Source: Pseudomonadota bacterium (GTDB lineage Bacteria > Pseudomonadota > Gammaproteobacteria > Steroidobacterales > JBCBZW01). From it: a stretch of 64,000 nucleotides of DNA. Below, piece by piece: positions 50,508 to 60,508 of the stretch. The position numbers were made by a program, and so were the translations under genes. Every line of letters starts with the position of its first letter. Within the stretch, counting starts at the first letter, position 1. The DNA lies in contig JBCCWS010000004.1 in assembly GCA_039193195.1 (NCBI GenBank), positions 101,908-165,907 of the forward strand, read 5' to 3'. The notes under the pieces are model-generated. The model saw nothing but the letters and a program-made list of their open reading frames with translations, was not told where the DNA came from and made no database searches.

Positions 50508-51464
50508 GTGAAGCTGTCACCGCACGCACTCAGTTTGCGACAACTCCAATACGTGGTTGCAGTCGATGAGATGCGCAACTTTCGGCGCGCAGCTGAGCTT
50601 TGCCACGTATCGCAACCGTCATTAAGTGCCCAGCTTGCACAGCTTGAAGAGGCCTTGGGCGTTCGGGTTTTCGAACGCAGTCGCCGTCAGGTCCTACCGA
50701 CGACGGCCGGGGAAGAGTTGATTCGGCGCGCTCGCCGCGTGTTGCTCGAGGCGGACGATCTCCTCGAGGCCGCTCAACGCCTTGGCGATCCGCTAGCGGG
50801 AACCTTACGGATCGGCGTGATTCCGACCGTATCGCCGTACATGCTGCCGGATACTGCGCCGAAGATCACCGAAACGCACCCTCAGTTGACGATTCGTTGG
50901 ATTGAGGATAAAACCCCCACCTTGGTCGAGCGCCTCGCCCGCGGCGAGCTCGATGCTGCCCTCCTGGCCCTGGAGGCGGACATCGGCGTGCTCGAACACG
51001 CTGAGGTGGCCCGGGATCACTTCTACGTGGCCACCCCCGAGGAACACGCACTCGCGGCAACGCAGGCGCCGGTGAGCCTTGATGCCCTCGATGAGGAGCA
51101 GGTGCTACTCCTCGATGACGGTCACTGCCTGCGGTACCAAACCCTACAGCTTTGTCAGCATGCGGGGGTTGAAGAGCTGGGATTCCGCGCCACAAGCCTA
51201 TCGACCCTGGTGCAGATGGTCGCCAGCGGTGCAGGGATAACGCTACTGCCGGCGCTAGCCATCCCCACTGAGGTAACGCGCGGGCGCCTTAGCATCCGCC
51301 CAATCGCCGTACCGCCGCCGTACCGCACCTTGGCCCTCGTGTGGCGACCAGCCTCTCCGATGACCGCGGCCCTAAAGGAATTGGCGCAGACTATGTGCGC
51401 CGCTTACGAAGACGCAGCCGAACGCAATCGCAGCCGGCTGCAGGCGCTCGGCGTCATGCTCTAG
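50508..51464 (+). CDS. oxyR: LysR-family hydrogen-peroxide sensor OxyR
   Basis: LRQLQYVVAVDEMRNFRRAAELCHVSQPSLSAQLAQLEEALG (HTH). LLLDDGHCLRYQTLQLC carries both redox Cys in the OxyR C199/C208 context. FRATSLSTLVQMVASGAGITLLPALA. Confidence 0.88.
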   Translation: MKLSPHALSLRQLQYVVAVDEMRNFRRAAELCHVSQPSLSAQLAQLEEALGVRVFERSRRQVLPTTAGEELIRRARRVLLEADDLLEAAQRLGDPLAGTLRIGVIPTVSPYMLPDTAPKITETHPQLTIRWIEDKTPTLVERLARGELDAALLALEADIGVLEHAEVARDHFYVATPEEHALAATQAPVSLDALDEEQVLLLDDGHCLRYQTLQLCQHAGVEELGFRATSLSTLVQMVASGAGITLLPALAIPTEVTRGRLSIRPIAVPPPYRTLALVWRPASPMTAALKELAQTMCAAYEDAAERNRSRLQALGVML

Positions 51465-54400
51465 CAGCTGGCCGAATCGGCTCGGTCCGCGTCCTCCCGA
51501 CCTCTCGGAGTACTTTCGGTATCTGCCGGATAGTGCAGATGAAGGTCTCGTTGTGGAAACGGAATACTGATCTCGACGCGATCCAGTGCTTCCTCGAGAT
51601 CGAGCAGCAGCTGATGGCGAGCGGCGAGTCGATCACTAAGTGCTCGGCAGTAGATGAACAGCTCAAAGTCTAACGAGCTCTCCCCGAGTTTCGTAAAGAG
51701 AACCCGCGGAGGTGGCTCCGCCAAAACGAGAGGGTTGCTGCGGGCCGTGTCCATCATGGTGCGAATCGCAAGCTCCGTATCGGAGCCGTAGGCTATCCCC
51801 ACAGGAACGACTACCCGCGTGACTTCGTTGGAGAGTGTCCAGTTGGTCAGTTGACTGGTGATGAAGGTCTTGTTGGGTACGATGACTTCTTTGTTGTCCC
51901 AGTCGGTTATGGTCGTGGCGCGGATTCGAATTCGCGTAACGGTTCCCGAGATGCCGCCGACGGTTACCGTATCGCCAACGCGCACGGGCCGTTCGAGAAG
52001 GATGATAAGGCCAGAGACGAAGTTGGCGAATATCTCCTGCAGCCCAAAGCCAAGGCCTACGCTCAGCGCCGCCACCAGCCACTGCACCTTGCTCCATTCA
52101 AGGCCGAGTTGGGCGGTGACGCTGAGGATACCTAACCCTACCACCAGGTACTGGCTTACGGTGCGAATCGCGTAGCGGGAGCCGGAGTCTAGCGGGAGAT
52201 TCTGAAGCACGGCGAACTCGAGCAGACTCGGTAGGTTCCGCGTGGCGAGGAGCACAATGAATAGCAGCACGATGGCGACCACCGTGTCCTCGAGCGTGAG
52301 GGCGCCATCGCCCCAAAGAGCCACTTGGTCGAGAAGCCCAAGCACCGGCAGCGCCTTAGACCAGATGAACCAAGCGCCGAAGATGGTGAGCGTGATGACC
52401 AGGATCCGCATCAAGCGCCGGGTTTGGTCGTCGAAAACATCAATGTCGATCACATCGAGATCCTGGAACGCGCCATCACGCTCCGCGGAGTAGGGAAGAC
52501 CGTCGGCAGCTGCTGGGACCTCAGCGCTGGCGCTGCGACGTTCGATGAGCTGCTGGTAGCGGAAGCGACGGCGGGTGACACGGATCCACCGCTCCAGTAG
52601 ATCGAAAAGGATCATGGCACCCAGCAGCAGCAGTACCGTCTCTACTACGCAACGCAAGAGCAAGGTGGCGGCGTACTCATAACCCAGCAGGGACACCATG
52701 GCGAGTGCTGGCGCGAGACCGACCGCAGCGGGGTACCACAGGCGCACAAGGCGGGCGGCCCATCCCTGGGGCTGCTCCTCGAGGGTCTTCGCGGGCAGAC
52801 CGCGCTGCGGGTGGAGCAGGGTCGACACCAGGTAGGCTAGGACGAGGCAGACCAGCACGAAGGCTAACCTGCCAATGCTGCTTTGGACCTCTTGATTGGC
52901 CTGCAGGCCGGCAACCCGGGCCAGGGCAAAGACGGGTAGCCAAACCGTCTGCACGAAGAGGAAGACACGAGGCAGCAAGCGGATGCGACTCTCTGACCAT
53001 TGAAAGTGGAGCCGGGCGACACCTTGGGGCATACACAAATGGCGGATAAAACCGCCGAGGGCAATCGTGCCACCACCGAAGACCAGTACGCTCATCAGCG
53101 CCCTCACTTGCTCCGGCAGGGGAAGCGCCTGACCTCGAATGCCGAGCGCGATCAGTAGGCTCGGCAATAGCAAGGACAGCAAAGCCGTGAGCAGCATCGC
53201 CTGGAGCGTCAGAATGAAACCGTCTGTGCGCACCTTGCGCGTGCGCACGCCAATACGTTGAATCGCTTGGCGAAGGACGGGACGAAGACGTACGGCCAGC
53301 AGCGTAAGCAGTACAGCGATGGTGTACCACTCCGCGTTCTGCATCACTTCGAAAACGAAGGTCTCGAGCGCTGCCACCCAGTGAGGACCTGAGAGCAGCC
53401 ATGCCGCTGACTCCCTGACGCGCTGCAGGCTCGCGAGGTTGATCGGTTCCGCACTCGGCACCCATAGCAGGCGATCATCCAGGTACGCCTGATACTCGCG
53501 CACGAGGGTAAGCATCGAACGCTGCTCGAAGGCCCGATCCGCGAGCAGCGTGACGTACTGTGTATAGGTGTCGGTCAGTCGATCCAGTACGCCCTCTCTC
53601 GTCTCGGTGAGGGACTCGGCGAAGGCGCGCAGCTCCTCGATGCCTTGGGAGTAGCCCTCGGCGCTCGCCGACGTGGTCGGCTCAGGCGAGGGTTGCTCGG
53701 CCCCTTCCGCAGCTTTTTGTTCAGCGCGCGCCGCGACCTGACGCTCGGCGTCGATGGCGGCGATGTGCCGCTCGAGCAACTCCGTCCAGACAGACTGCTG
53801 CCGCGAGAGATCCACAAGCTCGAGGCTCCTAAGTCCGGCCTCCGCACTGCGGCCACGAATGTCAGCCAGCTGCCGCTGTAGCTCACGCTCATCCGCCAGG
53901 CGAAGGCGTTGGTTGCGGAGCAACTGACCGAGACTCACCTGTGCACCGGCCACCTCGACACGAGACTTGATCGCGTCGTAGTCCCGTTGCAAGGCTTCGC
54001 GAGCCGACGAGGTCGCCGCAACTTCAGAGGCTACTGTGCGCGCGGAGGTTAGGGTTCGGGAAAGCTCGTCGAAAAGCGATGCGACGTCGGCGGTGTCCTC
54101 ATCCAAAGGTCCTGGTAAGCTCAGCGCACGCACGCGCAGTTCGATCGCACTGTCCGTCGCTTGCGCCGATTCACTCTCACGCTCCTCGGCCACCGTCGCC
54201 GCGAGTATCGTGATCTCCCTGTCGATCAGGGATCGCTCCGCATTGACAAGTTGAAGTTCCACTTCCGCCAGTTCCAGCCGCGGCTGCAGTGTCGCGAGCT
54301 CGCTCTGCAACCGTTCGCGTTCTGCTCGTGCCGCCTCAAGCCTCGCGCGCAGGAGCGTCTGTTCTGAACGCTGCGGCTCTTCGGTGCTCTCCTCTAGGCC

Positions 54401-54940
54401 GGACGCGGTTGCATTGAGTTGCTCGACGAGGGCCGTGGCGTCGGCGAGCTCGTCACGCAGTTGCAGAGGACGGGTGAGGCGGCTCGCGAGTTGCTGATCG
54501 AGCTTGTCCTTGGCCTCGCGCTTCTCCGACTGTTGTGCGCTGAGCGTCGCCAGGCGCAGGGATGCGGCGTCGGCGTCGACGGAGCGCAGCCGTCTCTCCA
54601 GGCTGTTCAGGTTGGTCAGCACCTCCTCGCGCTCCGCCTCGAGGCGAGCTGCGTCCGTCTGGGCATTCTCTACCCGGCGCTGCAGAGCACGCTGATTGTT
54701 ACGAGACTCCTCTGACCTCTGCAGCCGTTCCAGGGCTGCGCGATAGTTGGCAGCGGCCGCGCTGCGAACTTCCTCGCTCACCTCGGTACTATTGAGCAGG
54801 ACGTCGAGGCGGGCCTGGATCTGGGCCGGGGTCGGTCCCTCAGCGCCTTGCGCGTGTGCGAGGAAAGAGGCGAACAGCGTCAGTAAGGCAGTGGCAAGGT
54901 GCCGCCAGCGCGCGAAGGGCAGATATGAGGCTAGGGACAT
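51461..54940 (-). CDS. large mechanosensitive channel of the MscK/MscM (KefA) type
   Basis: 1159 aa. Signal peptide, a ~480-aa coiled-coil periplasmic region, about 11 TM segments, and an MscS-type C-terminal core (LGFGLQEIFANFVSGLIILLERPVRVGDTVTVGGISGTVTRIRIRATTITDWDNKEVIVPN). Confidence 0.9.
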   Translation of the reverse strand: MSLASYLPFARWRHLATALLTLFASFLAHAQGAEGPTPAQIQARLDVLLNSTEVSEEVRSAAAANYRAALERLQRSEESRNNQRALQRRVENAQTDAARLEAEREEVLTNLNSLERRLRSVDADAASLRLATLSAQQSEKREAKDKLDQQLASRLTRPLQLRDELADATALVEQLNATASGLEESTEEPQRSEQTLLRARLEAARAERERLQSELATLQPRLELAEVELQLVNAERSLIDREITILAATVAEERESESAQATDSAIELRVRALSLPGPLDEDTADVASLFDELSRTLTSARTVASEVAATSSAREALQRDYDAIKSRVEVAGAQVSLGQLLRNQRLRLADERELQRQLADIRGRSAEAGLRSLELVDLSRQQSVWTELLERHIAAIDAERQVAARAEQKAAEGAEQPSPEPTTSASAEGYSQGIEELRAFAESLTETREGVLDRLTDTYTQYVTLLADRAFEQRSMLTLVREYQAYLDDRLLWVPSAEPINLASLQRVRESAAWLLSGPHWVAALETFVFEVMQNAEWYTIAVLLTLLAVRLRPVLRQAIQRIGVRTRKVRTDGFILTLQAMLLTALLSLLLPSLLIALGIRGQALPLPEQVRALMSVLVFGGGTIALGGFIRHLCMPQGVARLHFQWSESRIRLLPRVFLFVQTVWLPVFALARVAGLQANQEVQSSIGRLAFVLVCLVLAYLVSTLLHPQRGLPAKTLEEQPQGWAARLVRLWYPAAVGLAPALAMVSLLGYEYAATLLLRCVVETVLLLLGAMILFDLLERWIRVTRRRFRYQQLIERRSASAEVPAAADGLPYSAERDGAFQDLDVIDIDVFDDQTRRLMRILVITLTIFGAWFIWSKALPVLGLLDQVALWGDGALTLEDTVVAIVLLFIVLLATRNLPSLLEFAVLQNLPLDSGSRYAIRTVSQYLVVGLGILSVTAQLGLEWSKVQWLVAALSVGLGFGLQEIFANFVSGLIILLERPVRVGDTVTVGGISGTVTRIRIRATTITDWDNKEVIVPNKTFITSQLTNWTLSNEVTRVVVPVGIAYGSDTELAIRTMMDTARSNPLVLAEPPPRVLFTKLGESSLDFELFIYCRALSDRLAARHQLLLDLEEALDRVEISIPFPQRDLHLHYPADTESTPRGREDADRADSASC

Positions 54941-55761
54941 AGAGTGCTTCGCGCCGCAAGGCGCTCGTATAGATCATCGCAGAGGTTCATCAAATCCTCC
55001 CGGGTGCCCGCCGGCCAATCGCAGCGGACCGATCGCGCGTGGATCTCCTTCGACAGGCGCGGCTCGTAGGGAATGCCCAGGTGCTCGCACAGGCAAGTCA
55101 TCTGCTGGGTGGGGGCGCCCACGAGGCGCTCGTAGCAGATGACCTGGGCGCGCGTGTCGCGATCTAGCCCTTGGGTGTAAAAGAGATCGTTGCGTAGGTA
55201 CCAGAACAGAGCCGCCGCACCGGCGGCATCCATGGCCTCAGCCATCATCTTAGCGATGAGATCGAAGTGGTGCGGACTGAATCCACGGATCTGCCAAACC
55301 TGCGGTCGTTCCCCGCGAGCTAGCCTTTTCAGTAGCTGCAGATTCTGCTGGCCGAACTTCGCCACGGCGGAGCGGGCGCGATCGCTGGGGTGACGTAGGG
55401 CCCAGATGACGCGTCCATTAGGGTAGCGGGCGAGCATTTCGCCAGCGAGATGGCTGGAGGTCAGGGGTTTGAAGGCGACGATAGGTAGGCGAGAGCGGGA
55501 GACGAGCCTTGGCCACACGTCCTCTCGTAACACGAAGTCTTGAAAGGCCGTGCGATCGTGCTCAGGGTAGTACGCCACTTGGCTGCTGCTGGCAAGGCAG
55601 TCCCCGAGCATCGTGGTGCCGCTGCGCTGTGCACCGACGATGAAAACGGGCGCCGCGCCGCCGGGCGGGCGGGGGTGGGTGAGTTGCCAAAGGAGCTTGC
55701 GAGCCCCGCGCGCACCGCGCCGCGCCGCGGAGAGGCTCTTGCGTCGCAAGGTACGTATCAT
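54931..55761 (-). CDS. sulfotransferase family protein (ST1)
   Basis: 5'-PSB loop VFIVGAQRSGTTMLGD and 3'-PB motif VIWALRHPSDRARSAV. The chosen ATG 55761 makes an ATGA overlap with the upstream glycosyltransferase. Confidence 0.82.
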   Translation of the reverse strand: MIRTLRRKSLSAARRGARGARKLLWQLTHPRPPGGAAPVFIVGAQRSGTTMLGDCLASSSQVAYYPEHDRTAFQDFVLREDVWPRLVSRSRLPIVAFKPLTSSHLAGEMLARYPNGRVIWALRHPSDRARSAVAKFGQQNLQLLKRLARGERPQVWQIRGFSPHHFDLIAKMMAEAMDAAGAAALFWYLRNDLFYTQGLDRDTRAQVICYERLVGAPTQQMTCLCEHLGIPYEPRLSKEIHARSVRCDWPAGTREDLMNLCDDLYERLAARSTLCP

Positions 55762-57002
55762 CGCGCTGCCGTTTCCACTGACGCCAAGACGTCCCGCCAA
55801 CGCGTTATCACGCTCGGCCACGTGTACATAGATGCCACCAGCTCCCTTGCGCGCGTACCGAGCGCCTCGGCGAACTGTGGCTTTGCGTGAAGGTCCAGCA
55901 CAGCCTGCGCGAACCGTTCCGGCCGATCCGCCAGTAGGAAGTGTCGCTCAGGGTGTGCTGCCAGCGCTTCGCTGCCCATTCGCGTGGAGACCACAGCACG
56001 CCCCATGGCCATGGCCTCGAGCATCTTGTTCTTCAACCCACTGCCACTGACCATAGGATTCACCATCACCGGAACCCGTTGCACCAGCGCCGGCAGGTCC
56101 TCTACGAACCCCGTGACTCTCACTTTGGGGAAGCGCTCCGGCAACCGTCGGATCCACTCGTCTGCGCCGCCGCCAATCAGATAGCAGGGAGTTTCGGCAG
56201 CTGCTAGCCAGGGGGCGTACACCTCATCGATAAACCACTGGACTGCGGAGCGGTTGGGCTCAAACGCTAGATTGCCCCAAAAGGCCACGCCGGCGGAACG
56301 CGCTTCAGGCCAGGTGCGACCAACATCTAACAGCCCCGGCTCCACGCCATTGGGCACGATCTCAACGCGCGCACGGGGATCGAGGGCGCGCAGGCGGGCC
56401 CCATCTGTCGGCGAGATAGTGGTGATCAGCGCGAAGCGTTCGCTCAAGCGAGACTCCTGGCGCGCGTAGCGGTGTTGCGCTAGCAGGTGATGGAATCGTC
56501 GGGGTAGGGTCAAGCTCCGTGCATGAAGAGCGTACTCGCGCTCGAGGGTGAGCGTGTAGCAGTCGAAGTCGTCGACAACGCGGTGATGCACGTCGAGCAC
56601 CGCCACCAACTCCGCCACGGTGAGCTTTCCAGCGATTGCCACGGTGACCTCGTGCTCGGCGACAAACCTGCGCAGCGCTTGCGTGCACGCGTCAAACCAG
56701 GCGGGCCAACCCCAGCGCAAATAATGCCCGTTGTCTGTGCGTAGGTGTCGCCGAAAGCTACCGCGCTCGGAACACGACGGTAGCATCAGTATTTCATCGA
56801 AGGGCCCCTCGCTCAGTAGCGCCTCTCGCTGCTCCTCGGTGCCTTTCATGGCGGCTAGTACGCAGCGCCCAGCCTCGGCCTGGGCGCGGGCGAGGTAGTA
56901 GCTACGCAGGCGGTCGCCCTCCGTCAGCGGGAGGGGCAGGGCATCGAGCAATAGAAGCACGGTGGGGCCCGAGACCGTGCCGGTGGTGGTGCTAGCGCTC
57001 AT
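55758..57002 (-). CDS. glycosyltransferase, GT4/GT-B family
   Basis: C-terminal GT1/GT4 signature: VRVTGFVEDLPALVQRVPVMVNPMVSGSGLKNKMLEAMAMGRAVVST (E-x7-E region). Confidence 0.85.
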   Translation of the reverse strand: MSASTTTGTVSGPTVLLLLDALPLPLTEGDRLRSYYLARAQAEAGRCVLAAMKGTEEQREALLSEGPFDEILMLPSCSERGSFRRHLRTDNGHYLRWGWPAWFDACTQALRRFVAEHEVTVAIAGKLTVAELVAVLDVHHRVVDDFDCYTLTLEREYALHARSLTLPRRFHHLLAQHRYARQESRLSERFALITTISPTDGARLRALDPRARVEIVPNGVEPGLLDVGRTWPEARSAGVAFWGNLAFEPNRSAVQWFIDEVYAPWLAAAETPCYLIGGGADEWIRRLPERFPKVRVTGFVEDLPALVQRVPVMVNPMVSGSGLKNKMLEAMAMGRAVVSTRMGSEALAAHPERHFLLADRPERFAQAVLDLHAKPQFAEALGTRARELVASMYTWPSVITRWRDVLASVETAAR

Positions 57003-57964
57003 AGGGAGTACCCCAGAGCCTGCATCTGAGGGCCGCAGACGCCGGCGATCAACTTGCGCTCAAGCCCACCCAATGCGAGCTTGGTGCCAGCGCGCGCGCC
57101 GATACGCTGCTTTAGCACCGTAGCGTCTAGAGGGCCGATGTCAGCGTAGGCCTCCAACCTCCGCAGGCCCTGGCCCGCAAGGTGCAGTGATTCATAGGGA
57201 AGCAGCAGCGCATCGAGGCGCTGCGCCTCAGCCAGGAAGCTCCGCGTTAGATGGCGCCAATGATGAGCAAACGCCAGACGCTTGGCCACCCGATACCGCG
57301 GCCAAACGCTATACCAATCCACACCCTTGCAAGAACGCCAGCAATCGTAGGGATGCCGCACGACGAATACGATCTTCGAGGCGGGGAACAACCACTTGAG
57401 AAAATGCCCGTAGCCTGCGCACAAGCGCACTTCCTTGAGGCCGAAGGAGGTGATGGCATCACTTGCAACGGCAAGCGACTGCGCCGATGGTTGCAGCCAT
57501 GCGGTCATCCATGCGCGCTGTGCTTCCCGCAGCGCACCTAGGGGAGGGACGAGATTGGCCACCCACGCATTGGCGAGCGCACGCAGGGACGGTGCGCTTT
57601 GAAAGTGTTCAGGCGGCGGCCAGTCGGGCTGCAGTCCAGCTATTGGAGCTGCTAGGTGAGGGATGGGCACGACCCGGTCCAGGGGTTCGCCCCAAATGAG
57701 GGCCTTACCGCTGGAGATGAGCAGGCGCTGAACCAGCGTCGAGCCCGAGCCCCAACCGGCTGCGAGCACCCAGATTGGGGCGATATCCTTCGCTGTCGGT
57801 ACCGTACCAAAATCATGCTCATCGCCGACCAGCGTTGCTTGCACCTGCTCCCCGGCCAGAAGCGCAGGGGGGAGGACGCGCTTGGCGATGCGATCATTGC
57901 CGAGAGCGGCGCCAATGAGCCGCTCCAACGGGTCTTGACGGATGCGCTCTCTTTGCTTGCTCAT
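56999..57964 (-). CDS. sulfotransferase family protein (ST2)
   Basis: WVLAAGWGSGSTLVQRLL (PAPS 5'-phosphate loop) and KIVFVVRHPYDCWRS (3'-PB motif). ATGA overlaps at both ends. Confidence 0.75.
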   Translation of the reverse strand: MSKQRERIRQDPLERLIGAALGNDRIAKRVLPPALLAGEQVQATLVGDEHDFGTVPTAKDIAPIWVLAAGWGSGSTLVQRLLISSGKALIWGEPLDRVVPIPHLAAPIAGLQPDWPPPEHFQSAPSLRALANAWVANLVPPLGALREAQRAWMTAWLQPSAQSLAVASDAITSFGLKEVRLCAGYGHFLKWLFPASKIVFVVRHPYDCWRSCKGVDWYSVWPRYRVAKRLAFAHHWRHLTRSFLAEAQRLDALLLPYESLHLAGQGLRRLEAYADIGPLDATVLKQRIGARAGTKLALGGLERKLIAGVCGPQMQALGYSL

Positions 57965-59583
57965 GGGGACGTGTGCGCGTCCGCGCGTGCGAGCTCGACA
58001 AGGTGAAGGTCGACGGCGCGAGCGACCGCCTCAAGATGTAGGGGCCCCCGCTGACTGTCCTTAGAGAAGGGTGCGAGCTCGACGCGTAGACGATGCCAGG
58101 CGCTGTCGCCCGGAACCGTGAGTTGCACGGGGCGCTGGCCGAGACCCGCGAGTCCAATTGACGTGTCGTTTTCGTCAACGCTGCGTGCCAGAATGCTAAG
58201 CACCGTGGGTTCTGAGGCAGCACCTTGGAGGAAGTCACGGTCGAAGCGAATCTCACATGAGTCGCCAGCGCGCAGACGCGACGCCCACAGGCCGTAGGGC
58301 TCATCGGCTGACCCCACACCGGTGCGTCGTACTCCGCAGCCCTGGGCGGCCGCCAGCACACCGTAGTCGCCTGCGAGAAAGTCCCCCTGGCGGAACGCGA
58401 TCCAGGCGCCGCTGCTCTCGCGGGGTGCTAGGTGGGCGCCTAGATGGCGCTCGGCGAAGTCGAGCCCCAAGGCCACGCCAGGGTTTTCCGCCCGCACTAG
58501 ATCCAAGCGATTGACCGCGAGCCTGCTGACGCCAAGGGAGAGATCGGACAGGACACGCCAGTAGAACCATTCGGATTCGGAGGGCACGACGGTGGTTGGA
58601 TAGTCCTTATGGCGCCCCTCCGCTGTACGCATGGCCTCGGCGTAGCAGATGTAGCGCCGCTCTAAGCACTGCGTGCGCATGGTCCGGTACACCTCCAGGC
58701 TAAAGCCACCATTGCGTGGTTGGATGTCGCTGGAGGTGTGGAAGACGCCCGCCCGCCCGCCATCCAATAAGCGCTGTAGGCGGGCCCGCAAGCGAGCGCC
58801 CTGGGTGCCGCTCCCGATGCGCCCTCTACCCTCCTGAAAGAGAGCTCGGCGTACCAGCAGGAAGGCGACGGGGGCGATCTCATCGATGTAGTGTTCGACG
58901 ATGCGCTCCGCGTACCCAACCGCCTGGGCGGAAGACCAATCGCTGCCTTCGCTGACACCGGCGCTACGCTTCCACGCCGATGCCCGGTGATAGGCATCAG
59001 GAATCGAAAGGCCCTCGGTCCCGACTGCATTGTAACTCAGGCGTACGGCAGCGATCGCCTCGCGATAGGGGTGCGTGTCGATCCAGTTGGCTAACGCCTC
59101 GATGAGGGCAAGTTGCGCGGCGAGGTAGGTGGGGTGCCAGTACATCGGTGTGCCGCGCGCTGATCTCACCGTGTGCAGTCGTATCGGCAGGTAGGGGACC
59201 TGGTCGAAGAGCCAGTCGGGGTGCGCATTGGCGTTGAGTTGCACGGTGGCTTGGCGACCCGCGCTGCGTACCGCGTCCAGGCGCTCATCGAGCAGTGTGA
59301 AATCGTATTGACCACGCTCGGGTTCCACCTGGTCCCACAATGCCCATACCTGCCCGCCCACCACCGCAGAGGATTCGAACACGTCCTGCCGGGTACCATG
59401 CCAAACGGCGTAGACCCCCACCGGGAAGGTGTTTGCGGCCGTCCTCGGCAGGGCGCTTGAGCTAGTATCCGCTTCGCCCCCCGGTGAGGCGCACGCGGTG
59501 AGCAAGCAGAGCATCTCCAGGGCGCTCAGCGCGACTCCTCTAGCGGCGCGCAAGGTAGCGCTTCGCTGCGTCGGTGGGTCCAT
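57961..59583 (-). CDS. lipoprotein, putative glycoside-hydrolase-like (TIM-barrel) enzyme
   Basis: Lipobox LLTAC after a basic N-region (start taken at ATG 59583). QVWALWDQVEPERGQYDFTLLDERLDAVRSAGRQATVQLNANAHPDWL resembles the N-terminal motif of GH42/GH5-type hydrolases. The functional call is tentative. Confidence 0.45.
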   Translation of the reverse strand: MDPPTQRSATLRAARGVALSALEMLCLLTACASPGGEADTSSSALPRTAANTFPVGVYAVWHGTRQDVFESSAVVGGQVWALWDQVEPERGQYDFTLLDERLDAVRSAGRQATVQLNANAHPDWLFDQVPYLPIRLHTVRSARGTPMYWHPTYLAAQLALIEALANWIDTHPYREAIAAVRLSYNAVGTEGLSIPDAYHRASAWKRSAGVSEGSDWSSAQAVGYAERIVEHYIDEIAPVAFLLVRRALFQEGRGRIGSGTQGARLRARLQRLLDGGRAGVFHTSSDIQPRNGGFSLEVYRTMRTQCLERRYICYAEAMRTAEGRHKDYPTTVVPSESEWFYWRVLSDLSLGVSRLAVNRLDLVRAENPGVALGLDFAERHLGAHLAPRESSGAWIAFRQGDFLAGDYGVLAAAQGCGVRRTGVGSADEPYGLWASRLRAGDSCEIRFDRDFLQGAASEPTVLSILARSVDENDTSIGLAGLGQRPVQLTVPGDSAWHRLRVELAPFSKDSQRGPLHLEAVARAVDLHLVELARADAHTSP

Positions 59584-60496
59584 CGCGGCTGGGGATGTAA
59601 AGCTCGTTTTCAAAGCGCTCCAGCACATCTCCGATACACACCAGGTCCTGGCGCCTAAGGGCGAAGCGCCAGCGTGGACTGCCAGCGTTCATCGCCCCCT
59701 TCGCACCCTGATCTGCCTGCTGGGAGGGCTTGCTGAGCACCCTCGCAGACGGCAAAGACGGAAGACCGAGTTGTCGCGTGAGTCGGGTCCACTCTTGCTC
59801 AGCCTGGGCATCGATCAGGTGTTCGTAGAAGTGCACGCTAAAGCGACTCGACTCCCAATCGTGCAAGGCGACCGCGTGCTGCACGCACCATATCGCCGTG
59901 TGGCCGCGAATCTCATCACTTATCCGCGCCGCCGCCTCTCGCGTGGGTGCTCCGAGGAGCGTCGCCACGTGTTCATTCGCGAGGTAACGCTCCAGGGTAG
60001 GGCGCCAAGGCCATCCGCGGCGCACGCGCGAGGCGACGACGGCGCCGGGATGGCGAATGACTAGGGCGATCCGTGCGTCGTAATGCTGCTCAAGCCACCC
60101 GAGCATCAGGCTCGCTCGCACCACCTTGTACAACCAGCCCGCTTGCGCGCTAGGTCTGCCGTAGCGCCAGTAATTTCCCGCTGCGGCGGTGAGTTTGCGC
60201 GCAACCTTAGGCAAGGAGCGTTGCGGTCCTAGGCGGAGCTCTTCGCGGTAAGCGCGCCCCAGGGTCCACAAGTTGCGGTAGGCACCGTTGAACAGCTCAT
60301 CGAAGAAGGCGCGAGCGTGCGCCGCCTCGTCGTGCTGCGCGATGCGCTCGTTGGCGAAGGGCACGGCCTGTGGGATCGCGTCCGGGTTTAGCGGCTCGAA
60401 CAGAGTACCGGCACCGTTCGCTGTGCTCAGGGCATCCACCACCCACGTGGTGCCGCTGCGAGCGGAGCCGGCGATGATTCGGGGTTGAAGGTCCAT
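59540..60496 (-). CDS. sulfotransferase family protein (ST3)
   Basis: RIIAGSARSGTTWVVDAL (5'-PSB) and RIALVIRHPGAVVASRV (3'-PB). Confidence 0.82.
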   Translation of the reverse strand: MDLQPRIIAGSARSGTTWVVDALSTANGAGTLFEPLNPDAIPQAVPFANERIAQHDEAAHARAFFDELFNGAYRNLWTLGRAYREELRLGPQRSLPKVARKLTAAAGNYWRYGRPSAQAGWLYKVVRASLMLGWLEQHYDARIALVIRHPGAVVASRVRRGWPWRPTLERYLANEHVATLLGAPTREAAARISDEIRGHTAIWCVQHAVALHDWESSRFSVHFYEHLIDAQAEQEWTRLTRQLGLPSLPSARVLSKPSQQADQGAKGAMNAGSPRWRFALRRQDLVCIGDVLERFENELYIPSRDGPTDAAKRYLARR

Positions 60497-60508
60497 TCAG
60501 GCTGAGTC

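Noticed and set aside
51461-51464. oxyR and the channel gene share a palindromic CTAG as the stop codon on both strands
   Set aside because: It is real but trivial: a 4-nt convergent overlap with no evident functional implication.
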